From an uncultured Acinetobacter sp. (GTDB lineage Bacteria; Cyanobacteriota; Vampirovibrionia; Gastranaerophilales; Gastranaerophilaceae), in NCBI GenBank assembly GCA_946623365.1, contig CAMORE010000001.1, positions 1-44,323 of the forward strand: DNA of 44,323 nt, given 5' to 3'. Of this stretch, positions 1 to 7,448 are shown piece by piece. Position numbers and translations under genes: made by a program. Within the stretch, counting starts at the first letter, position 1; every line of letters starts with the position of its first letter. Below the pieces are notes generated by a model. That model was not told the origin of the DNA. It did not search any database and was given only the letters and a program-made list of their open reading frames with translations.

Positions 1-5
1 AATCT

Positions 6-21
6 ATGCCCGTAAGGGCAT
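6..21 (+). repeat. Small hairpin with GNRA loop (ATGCCC-GTAA-GGGCAT)
   Basis: Perfect 6-bp stem with a GTAA loop, read directly from the sequence. Confidence 0.6.
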
Positions 22-45
22 TCTAAACATCTTATTCTACCGGTG

Positions 46-113
46 TTTCTCTCCTTTTCTTGGTACTTCTTTTCCTCTCTTTACATCCGAAATAAAGAGA
101 GGAAAAGAAGTAC
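46..113. repeat. Mirror repeat plus inverted repeat (potential intrastrand triplex element)
   Basis: 46-61 TTTCTCTCCTTTTCTT is the exact mirror of 67-82. 63-83 pairs perfectly (21 bp) with 93-113. Confidence 0.9.
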
Positions 114-158
114 ATAAAGAATGCAACAAAATATGTTATTTGTTGCATTCTTTATGTA
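111..158. repeat. 20-bp perfect inverted repeat downstream of fabZ; possible terminator or REP-like element
   Basis: TACATAAAGAATGCAACAAA (111-130) pairs with TTTGTTGCATTCTTTATGTA (139-158). A related copy lies at about 6692-6737. Confidence 0.85.
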
Positions 159-187
159 ACTATTTGTTCAACTTTAAAAAATATTTT

Positions 188-664
188 CTATTTTAAAGCA
201 ACAGTCATGTCTGCTTCAACACATATTTTCCCGTCAACGGAACCAACCGCATGACACTTGCTTATCGGTCCTTTGCATTTAACCATCTCAATATGCATTT
301 CAAATTTATCGCCCGGACGAACAATGTTTTTAAATCTTACATTATCAACGCCTGCAAATAATGTTAATTTCCCTTTGTTTTCAGGGGAGCACATTAAAAT
401 CGGTGCTGAACATTGTGCCATTGCTTCTAATTGCAAAACTCCAGGCATAATAGGATTTCCCGGAAAATGTCCTTGGAAAAATTCTTCATTCATTGTCAAG
501 TTCTTATATCCCTTAGAATATTTGTTAGGAACACATTCCGTAATTCTGTCAACTAATAAAAACGGATATCTGTGCGGAATCATTTCCATAATTTGAGTGG
601 TGTCAAATGATAATATCTCCTCTTTTACCCCTTCATTTACCCCTTCATTTAACTCTTCTGTCAT
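188..664 (-). CDS. fabZ: 3-hydroxyacyl-ACP dehydratase FabZ
   Basis: PHRYPFLLVD and FFQGHFPGNPIMPGVL motifs; directly downstream of lpxC. Confidence 0.97.
   Translation of the reverse strand: MTEELNEGVNEGVKEEILSFDTTQIMEMIPHRYPFLLVDRITECVPNKYSKGYKNLTMNEEFFQGHFPGNPIMPGVLQLEAMAQCSAPILMCSPENKGKLTLFAGVDNVRFKNIVRPGDKFEMHIEMVKCKGPISKCHAVGSVDGKICVEADMTVALK
624..658. repeat. 12-bp in-frame tandem repeat (TTTACCCCTTCA x2 plus a degenerate copy) in the 5' end of fabZ
   Basis: Encodes EELN-EGVN-EGVK at the FabZ N-terminus. Confidence 0.8.
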
Positions 665-678
665 CTTTTTCTCCTTAT

Positions 679-1515
679 TTATATTTTAACCAATTTATTT
701 TTAAGCATTTGAGCGACTTTGCAATGAACTGCATGACCGGCTTCTTTTACAAGAATTTGTGCTCTCATATTTAATGGCGAAACCCCTGTCAGATTAAAAT
801 CACCCAACAAATCTAAAATCTTATGTTTTACAGGTTCTAAATCCGAACGAAGTTCCGTTGTGTATCCTTCATCCTTTAAACCTACTGTATTATCGATAGT
901 TACACCCTTTGCAAATCCTAATGCCTGAAATTTAGCTAAATCTTTATAAAATCCAAAAGTCCTTGCTTCTATTATTTCATCAAGATTTTTATTATCCATT
1001 GTAACCCATTGATGCCTTAAATCCGGATGATCGTAATTAACTGAATATGTTATTCGAAGTTCTTTATCCGGAATGACAACGAGGCTTGTTTTGCCGTTCA
1101 AATAATAAACTGGTTCATTTACGGTATAAACATCATTGTTTTTGCCGCTTATGCCTGCCTGTTTAAACAAATCAACCCAAACTTTCGCACTTCCGTCAAA
1201 AATTGGCATTTCCGTTTCTGACAAAAAGACATCAATAGAATTTACGCCTGTTATTGCACAAGCTGCATTAAAGTGCTCGCAGAGCATGACCTTATATTTA
1301 TAATCTCCAAGCAGTGTTCTTTTATCTTTGCTGCACAATGTAACACAATGGTCTGTAGAATAAAGGTTTTCTATACTTGCATCGAAAGAATGATCCGCAC
1401 CTTTTGAAAATATGCGAACACGTCCTGAATCCGAGGGTTTTATTACAACCTCGCATTCACGATTCTTCATTAATGATTTACCTTTTGTATGGATTTCGTT
1501 TTTTATTGTAATCAT
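679..1515 (-). CDS. lpxC: UDP-3-O-acyl-N-acetylglucosamine deacetylase LpxC
   Basis: CEH, EMPIFDGSA, ARTFGF, HKILDLLGD (Zn motif) and AGH; lies between lpxD and fabZ. Confidence 0.93.
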   Translation of the reverse strand: MITIKNEIHTKGKSLMKNRECEVVIKPSDSGRVRIFSKGADHSFDASIENLYSTDHCVTLCSKDKRTLLGDYKYKVMLCEHFNAACAITGVNSIDVFLSETEMPIFDGSAKVWVDLFKQAGISGKNNDVYTVNEPVYYLNGKTSLVVIPDKELRITYSVNYDHPDLRHQWVTMDNKNLDEIIEARTFGFYKDLAKFQALGFAKGVTIDNTVGLKDEGYTTELRSDLEPVKHKILDLLGDFNLTGVSPLNMRAQILVKEAGHAVHCKVAQMLKNKLVKI

Positions 1516-1524
1516 TTTTGTATT

Positions 1525-1596
1525 GTGATTAAGTTATTGTGTGATTGTGTAGTTATAATTTAATCACCGCATTATCACTTCGTCACTTATTCACTT
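1525..1596. repeat. Degenerate 8-bp tandem repeats in two opposed blocks (GTGATT.. / ..TCACTT)
   Basis: GTGATTAA-GTTATTGT-GTGATTGT at 1525-1548. TCACTT at 1575, 1583 and 1591 (period 8). Confidence 0.75.
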
Positions 1597-1602
1597 TTCT
1601 CC

Positions 1603-2712
1603 CTATACTTTTAATGCTTCATTTTCTTGCACACTATCTTCAAAGGATTTAAGAAGCGGCTCGTATTTTTTAAATTTAGCAATTAAATCACCGGCATCCT
1701 TCATAATTTTTAATTGCTTAATAAATTCTTTTCTCGGAACAGCCGGAGCACCTACCACAATTGATTTAGCAGGGAAACTCTTTGTAACACCGGCTTGAGC
1801 GGCAATAATTGTATCATCTCCTATTGATATATGGTCTGCCAATCCTGCCTGACCTGCAATTACAACTCTGTCACCTATTACACAGCTTCCTGCAATACCT
1901 ACTTGAGAAACAATCATACAACCTTTACCGATACGACAGTTGTGTCCAATCATTACAAGATCATCAATTTTAGTATTGTCACCGATTACGGTATTTTCAA
2001 TCGTACCTCTGTCTATGCAGGCATTAGCACCGATTTCAACATTGTTACCTATTTCAACGGAACCGATTGACGGAATCTTGAATATTACTTGTTCAGTATT
2101 TCCTTCCTTAATTTCTCCGTCTTTTCTTGCTTGCTCAATGTTATTCGGATTTTCTGTAACAAAGCTGAATCCGTCTGCACCAAGAGAAACACCGTGGTTT
2201 AGAATAACTTTGTTACCGACTTTGACTCTGTCACCAATATTTACACCCGGATGGAAAAAGCAGTCAGTACCGATTTGAGCTCCGTTTCCAATGTAGCAAT
2301 TTGCTAAAATTTTTGTATTATCACCAATAACAGCATTTTCGGCAATTACAACATTTTGACCGATAGAAACATTTTGACCGATTTTTGCGCTGGCAGCAAC
2401 GACAGCACTCGGATGAATACCTTTATTCACATTAGGTTCTTCATAGAACATGGAAATTAGCTTCATCATAGCCAGTCTTGGTCTTTCAACTTCAATGGTT
2501 GTAAACCCGTCTATATTAACTCCCAAAGGAACAAGCGCAGCCTTTGCTTTTGTAGAAGAAAGATTTGAAATCTCATCTTCACCCAGAGCAAGTGCTAAAG
2601 TGTTTTCATCTGCAAGTTTTGGTGGCGCTATATTTGTAATAGCAACGTCAGCAGCCTTTGTCAGCATTCCGCCCGTAATTTGAGCAATTTGTTCCAATGT
2701 GAAAGTTTTCAT
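1603..2712 (-). CDS. lpxD: UDP-3-O-(3-hydroxyacyl)glucosamine N-acyltransferase LpxD
   Basis: Hexapeptide repeats, GADGF, IDRGT, KIDDLVMIGHN and SQVGIAGS motifs. Confidence 0.96.
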   Translation of the reverse strand: MKTFTLEQIAQITGGMLTKAADVAITNIAPPKLADENTLALALGEDEISNLSSTKAKAALVPLGVNIDGFTTIEVERPRLAMMKLISMFYEEPNVNKGIHPSAVVAASAKIGQNVSIGQNVVIAENAVIGDNTKILANCYIGNGAQIGTDCFFHPGVNIGDRVKVGNKVILNHGVSLGADGFSFVTENPNNIEQARKDGEIKEGNTEQVIFKIPSIGSVEIGNNVEIGANACIDRGTIENTVIGDNTKIDDLVMIGHNCRIGKGCMIVSQVGIAGSCVIGDRVVIAGQAGLADHISIGDDTIIAAQAGVTKSFPAKSIVVGAPAVPRKEFIKQLKIMKDAGDLIAKFKKYEPLLKSFEDSVQENEALKV

Positions 2713-2723
2713 AATACACTCCT

Positions 2724-3191
2724 TTATTTATTAATTTTATTTATTATATTTGTTGTAGATTTGCCTTGAACAAATTCGATAAATTCTACTTTAATATTAT
2801 TTCTCTCTACTATACTTCTTTCCGGTAATGTTTCAAGAGTATAATCAGCCCCTTTTGTGTATATATCCGGTTTTATTCTTTCCAGTAAAGCCGCAGGAGA
2901 TTTCTCTTCAAATAATACCACATAATCAACACAACTTAAAGCGGATAATATTTCTGCTCTGTCAGATTCGTTGTTTATGGGTCTTGAATCTCCTTTAATC
3001 AATTTGACTGAAGCATCAGAATTCAGCATAACTATAGAATAATCCGCAAGACTCTTAGTCTTCTGAAGGTACCTTATATGTCCGACATGCAAAATGTCAA
3101 AACAGCCGTTGGTAGCAGCGAAGGTTTTTCCGAATTTATGTTCTTCATTAACAATATTTACTATTTCATCCTGCGTAACAACTTTTCCCAA
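2724..3191 (-). CDS. rfaE2: D-glycero-beta-D-manno-heptose 1-phosphate adenylyltransferase (RfaE domain II / HldC)
   Basis: TNGCFDILHVGH, NSDASV, KGDSRPIN, KGADY and STT motifs. TTG start at 3191 chosen because AGGAG lies 6 nt upstream; the ORF track starts at 3221. Confidence 0.92.
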   Translation of the reverse strand: MGKVVTQDEIVNIVNEEHKFGKTFAATNGCFDILHVGHIRYLQKTKSLADYSIVMLNSDASVKLIKGDSRPINNESDRAEILSALSCVDYVVLFEEKSPAALLERIKPDIYTKGADYTLETLPERSIVERNNIKVEFIEFVQGKSTTNIINKINK

Positions 3192-3266
3192 AGCTAACTC
3201 CTGTATAAAACTAATATACATATATTCTACGACAAAATCATTTCATATTTTAAAATTTTGATTATT

Positions 3267-3284
3267 GTTACATTAATTTACATA
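3267..3284. promoter_or_regulatory. HLR1-like direct repeat GTTACATT-aa-TTTACATA (candidate OmpR/RpaB-type operator)
   Basis: Exact match to (G/T)TTACA(A/T)(A/T)-NN-(G/T)TTACA(A/T)(A/T) in a divergent intergenic region. Confidence 0.5.
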
Positions 3285-3353
3285 TAAAACTAACTTTTTT
3301 ATTATATACTCTTGTGGTAGAATATTAGTTGCAGAGTAACACTCGGAGAGAAT

Positions 3354-4793
3354 ATGCGTAAGTTATTAATATTATTAAGCATACTTGTTATAAGCTGTAC
3401 AAGTTCATTTGGAGCGAAGATTCCTGATGACGTAAGAGCTTATCTTGAACAGCAAGTTCCAAATGTAGATATAAGATTTGACGGGGTTATTATACTTCCT
3501 GATAATACTGTTTATCTGCCTTTGTATCCGTCATTGTTTTCTGATATAAAGTCTCTAAGTATTAAACAAACCTATCCTGCGGGACTAAGTATATATCAGC
3601 GTCCGGATGTTATCATTTTTAACAATGATTTTGTTTTAATGAAACTTCTTTCAGACGGTCAGGGACACAGAACCGTTTTGCATATGACAAATCCTCCGCT
3701 GCAAGTCAGAACAGGTTTATTACCTCAGGACATGCTTGTACCGAGCGGTCTGATTATTCCTGAAAATATAAAAGGTATTATTGGTAATTTAAAAATTGAC
3801 ACAAAAAATGAAGATTTAATTAGAGTTAATAATGAAGATTCGTTTGAAGAATTTTTAAAGGAAAAAGATCATATAAAGAGACAAGCTTTAATTGAAGAGT
3901 TAAAAAATAAAACAGTTTTTGTGTCAACAAATTATTCTAAAAATATACAGGTTGTACAACCTGCAAATTCAACTCCAAGTTATTCTCTGGCGCAAAAATC
4001 CATACCTGTTAACGTCAAAGCTGTTAACAATGGTAAATTTTTGCTCGTGACATCTTATGACAGACCTTTTATTGATGTAGTTTCGGTTGCAGATTCAAGA
4101 TTTATAAAACAAATTTCTTTAGGTTCAAATCCGGAACAAATATTGATTGATGAAAAAGCAAACAAGGCTTACGTAGCATCACCTTCTTCGTCGACAATTT
4201 TTGTGCTTGATTTGAAGTCTATGTCGCTATGTCAAAAAATCAAAATTAACGGATATTGTGAACATATATTATTAAGTGATGGAAGATTATTCTATGTCGA
4301 TAAACTTCAAAACGAAATTTGGGCGATAGAACTTCAAAAAGATTATGAATTAAAAGATATAGGGAGATTCCCGAATGTTTCGGCATTAGCTTATGCCAAT
4401 AATAAATTGTACATTGCAAGCAGAACGAAAAGTCGAATTGCTGTTGTAGATTATGATACGTTAGGATTAATCAACGAATTTACAACAGTAAATAAACCAA
4501 CTTCAATGCTTTTAAACAAAAACATTTTATACGTATTAGGTTCGCAGAATAATGAAATTCAAATGATTGATACAACATCTGATTCCATAACCGGAACTAT
4601 TGAGCTTGGAACCGGAGGGTATTCTTCAGGGCTGGACAGAATTATCGGAACCGATTTAGCAGTAGTTACGGATTTAAAAAATAATTACTATTCTATTCTG
4701 GATTTAAACAGCGGAACCTTGTTAAAAACGTATGAATTGAGCATACCTATAAAAGAAGTTATTATAGCAGACAAAGTCAGATTATTTGAATAG
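3354..4793 (+). CDS. Secreted protein with a C-terminal YVTN/YncE-like beta-propeller
   Basis: Signal peptide; repeated blades such as ISLGSNPEQILID..KAYVAS and TVNKPTSMLL..LYVLG. Confidence 0.75.
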   Translation: MRKLLILLSILVISCTSSFGAKIPDDVRAYLEQQVPNVDIRFDGVIILPDNTVYLPLYPSLFSDIKSLSIKQTYPAGLSIYQRPDVIIFNNDFVLMKLLSDGQGHRTVLHMTNPPLQVRTGLLPQDMLVPSGLIIPENIKGIIGNLKIDTKNEDLIRVNNEDSFEEFLKEKDHIKRQALIEELKNKTVFVSTNYSKNIQVVQPANSTPSYSLAQKSIPVNVKAVNNGKFLLVTSYDRPFIDVVSVADSRFIKQISLGSNPEQILIDEKANKAYVASPSSSTIFVLDLKSMSLCQKIKINGYCEHILLSDGRLFYVDKLQNEIWAIELQKDYELKDIGRFPNVSALAYANNKLYIASRTKSRIAVVDYDTLGLINEFTTVNKPTSMLLNKNILYVLGSQNNEIQMIDTTSDSITGTIELGTGGYSSGLDRIIGTDLAVVTDLKNNYYSILDLNSGTLLKTYELSIPIKEVIIADKVRLFE

Positions 4794-4799
4794 GTAAGA

Positions 4800-5366
4800 A
4801 TGGATATTGTACTTGATGAAATAACAAACGCCAAGATGGCGGAATTAGAGCAAACCCAGAAGGACTTTTGGAATATACCGAGAAAAACGGGTGTAATTCT
4901 AAATATGTTTATAAAAATGATGGGTGCAAAAAGCGCTTTGGAGATTGGAACCTCAAACGGTTATTCCGGTTTATGGCTGTCAAAGGCTTTGAAAGAAACA
5001 GGCGGACACCTTACGACAATTGAATTTTATGAAAAGCGTCAAAGTATTGCAATTGAAAACTTTAAACTTTGTGACGTAATGGATATTATTACACCTATTC
5101 AAGGGTCAGCATGTGACGTAATAAGAAGTTTTGATGACGATAAAAAATTTGACTTTGTTTTTATTGATGCAAGCAAGAGAGAATATGTTGAATATTTTAA
5201 TTTAATAAAACCGCATTTGACTCAAAAATGCATGATTGTTGCTGATAATATAATATCTCATGCGGAAAAAGTTCAAACATTTGTGGATGCTATAGATAAT
5301 GATGACGAGTTTCAATATGAAATCATAGAAGTTCCAGGAGGAATTTTAACTGCCTATCGCAATTAA
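4800..5366 (+). CDS. SAM-dependent O-methyltransferase (family 3, YrrM-like)
   Basis: LEIGTSNGYSGLW, FDFVFIDASK and IVADN motifs. Confidence 0.9.
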   Translation: MDIVLDEITNAKMAELEQTQKDFWNIPRKTGVILNMFIKMMGAKSALEIGTSNGYSGLWLSKALKETGGHLTTIEFYEKRQSIAIENFKLCDVMDIITPIQGSACDVIRSFDDDKKFDFVFIDASKREYVEYFNLIKPHLTQKCMIVADNIISHAEKVQTFVDAIDNDDEFQYEIIEVPGGILTAYRN

Positions 5367-5375
5367 CAGAATTTA

Positions 5376-6587
5376 TTATCGTTCGTCATAATTATGGTAA
5401 ACATTTATTACGGAGCCGTTTGGAGCAAAATCAATACCAAATATCAGTTTTTCTTCAAACTTTTCTTTTGATAAATCACTTTCTTCATAAGAAGTAGGAT
5501 TTCCGTCTTCGTTAAAATATACAAATTTTGAGATGTTACCTTTGGTATATGATACATTTCCTCTCTTATTATTATCTATATCAAAATAATGGGTCTGTTT
5601 TGTTGCATTTCCCAAATCTTCTTCTATGACACAGCATTTGCGATTTCTGTCTATAGTATTTTCAAAAGTAATAGTTTTATTTCCATCTGTTAATATAATG
5701 CAGCGTCCGTCAAAAGTCCGTTCATATATTTTTCCGTCAGGAGTTTTTACGGATTCTATTTGACCATTGGAAAAATATGTTTTTTCCCCTTCTATATTAT
5801 CTATACTGCTAATAAATTCAGGACATTCAGACCTTTGCAGGTTAGGGTCTTTAAGATAATTTGAATATTCTTCTATAAACTCGCCTGTAGTTTCTTTGAC
5901 CTCTGTGCTAAAAGGTTTGCCGTTAGCATATTTTATTTCTTTTACAATTGCTCCATCAGGTTTTTGTTTATAGATGTTTTCATATGTCAAATTTCCGTTT
6001 ATATCATAGTTTTTATTGTTACATCCGGAATACACAATATAAGTTCCGTCATCAAACATTTCTATATGCTGTTCTCTTAATCCGTCCTTGTTATATTTTG
6101 TAATTCCTTTTGATTTGAGCTCATAGTTATAATAATCTGCGTGTGCTTCTTCTCTGCCTTGGCTATCATAGTTCATAAGCCAGGTTTGTAAATTACCGTT
6201 TTCATCTTTGTATTCAGCTTGCTCAAGTTCAACTAATCCGGTTTGTTTCTTTATAACATTTAACCGCAATTCATTCTTTCCTGTTTCAAAATAAACATAC
6301 TTTTTATCCTTGGTTTCTTTAACTACACATTCCAATTTCCCTTTTGAATTGTAAATTTTTTCTCCGTCAACAGAATTTATATCTCTCGGCATCGGAATCG
6401 GCTTTAAAAGAGGAATATATAATTCTGATTTGTTAATAAAAGCTGAATTGTATGATGCAAGTGCATCCACTCCGTTTAAATTAGCTGTTTCTGCCGGATT
6501 GAATACGGGTGCAGGTTCTTGACTGCTTTTAAATGCAATCTTTTTCGGCAACTGAACATTCTGAATTGAATTAATACTTATAACCAT
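5376..6587 (-). CDS. Hypothetical protein with YD/MORN-like beta-hairpin repeats and a polar N-terminal leader
   Basis: 403-aa ORF with a GGAAGG RBS; recurrent Y/F-xxx-G units; internal duplication INSVDGEKIYNSKGKLECV / IDNIEGEKTYFSNGQIESV. Confidence 0.7.
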   Translation of the reverse strand: MVISINSIQNVQLPKKIAFKSSQEPAPVFNPAETANLNGVDALASYNSAFINKSELYIPLLKPIPMPRDINSVDGEKIYNSKGKLECVVKETKDKKYVYFETGKNELRLNVIKKQTGLVELEQAEYKDENGNLQTWLMNYDSQGREEAHADYYNYELKSKGITKYNKDGLREQHIEMFDDGTYIVYSGCNNKNYDINGNLTYENIYKQKPDGAIVKEIKYANGKPFSTEVKETTGEFIEEYSNYLKDPNLQRSECPEFISSIDNIEGEKTYFSNGQIESVKTPDGKIYERTFDGRCIILTDGNKTITFENTIDRNRKCCVIEEDLGNATKQTHYFDIDNNKRGNVSYTKGNISKFVYFNEDGNPTSYEESDLSKEKFEEKLIFGIDFAPNGSVINVYHNYDER

Positions 6588-6691
6588 TATAAACCTTCCA
6601 TTTATACTTATATAAAGTCATTTTTTATAGGAAATTTGCTAAAATTCAGTTAGTTGTAAATTTTTTGTTACAAAAAAGTGTTTGCATGTCA

Positions 6692-6819
6692 AACAGTTAG
6701 TTACATGAATGCAATAAATAATATATTTTGTTGCATTTATCTGACCAGTTACTTGCAATGCGCAGCAATGGCGTTCCACTGCTGGTTTCTACGCTACAAA
6801 TTAAAAAGTCCTGCAAGTA
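6692..6819. repeat. Intergenic palindrome cluster
   Basis: Degenerate copy of the 111-169 element at 6692-6737. Hairpin CAGCAATGG-CGTT-CCACTGCTG (6763-6784) is enclosed by TACTTGCA (6750) / TGCAAGTA (6812). Confidence 0.65.
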
Positions 6820-6864
6820 TTAAGAAAATATAGACAAATAATAATTTATCATTAATAAAATAAT

Positions 6865-7440
6865 ATGAAAAATTTTGTTTGCTCTTTTATACTATTTTTA
6901 TCTGTATATTTACTCTCCTCATTTAATTTACCTCTTCTATCTAATCTTTCTCCATTTCCCTTACAAGCAAAAGTAATTACGGGAGAAGTGAAATACAATG
7001 CTGAAAATGCAAGAGAAGAGATTTTCTCAAACCCGCTAAAACCGTTCAATATAAATTCTGTAAGCAAATATTATATTGATAAAAACAACATAGAAAATTT
7101 AAATGCACTGTATCAGGGAATAACAGAGCTCAAAGACAGAAAAATAGCCAAATTCTCGGATGGCAGTTACGGAATTCAATACTATGATGACCCAATGTTC
7201 TCTTGGTACTATTCGGAAAGCGGAAGATTAATTAATTTTACACAAAAAGATTCAACTGAATATCCCTGTAAAATTGTGAAATACAAACCTGACGGACAAA
7301 TTGCGAATGTGGGTTATAGAGTATCGGAAAGGGAGAGCTTTATCTATTCTTCTGATGGAAAACTTATAGCACATTGGCTTGGTGAAAATTGTTATGATGA
7401 ATTTAACAAAATAATTATGACAAGAAGGTTTTATAACTAA
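6865..7440 (+). CDS. Hypothetical exported protein with Y-xxx-G-x-L/I repeats
   Basis: Hydrophobic N-terminus; YSESGRL, YKPDGQI and YSSDGKL units. Confidence 0.7.
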   Translation: MKNFVCSFILFLSVYLLSSFNLPLLSNLSPFPLQAKVITGEVKYNAENAREEIFSNPLKPFNINSVSKYYIDKNNIENLNALYQGITELKDRKIAKFSDGSYGIQYYDDPMFSWYYSESGRLINFTQKDSTEYPCKIVKYKPDGQIANVGYRVSERESFIYSSDGKLIAHWLGENCYDEFNKIIMTRRFYN

Positions 7441-7448
7441 TCTAAATC

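Noticed and set aside
1-187. Apparent absence of lpxA after lpxC-fabZ
   Set aside because: The window ends 187 nt past fabZ, so lpxA could lie just outside it; absence cannot be claimed.
258-2683. Plus-strand ORFs opposite fabZ and lpxD, and similar short antisense ORFs throughout the track
   Set aside because: They are shadows of well-supported genes on the other strand, with no motifs of their own.
6654-6674. Additional TTACA/TGTAA half-sites (also near 9950, 20154, 23298, 23352) as HLR1 sites
   Set aside because: They are single half-sites or have the wrong spacing, and are expected by chance at this AT content.
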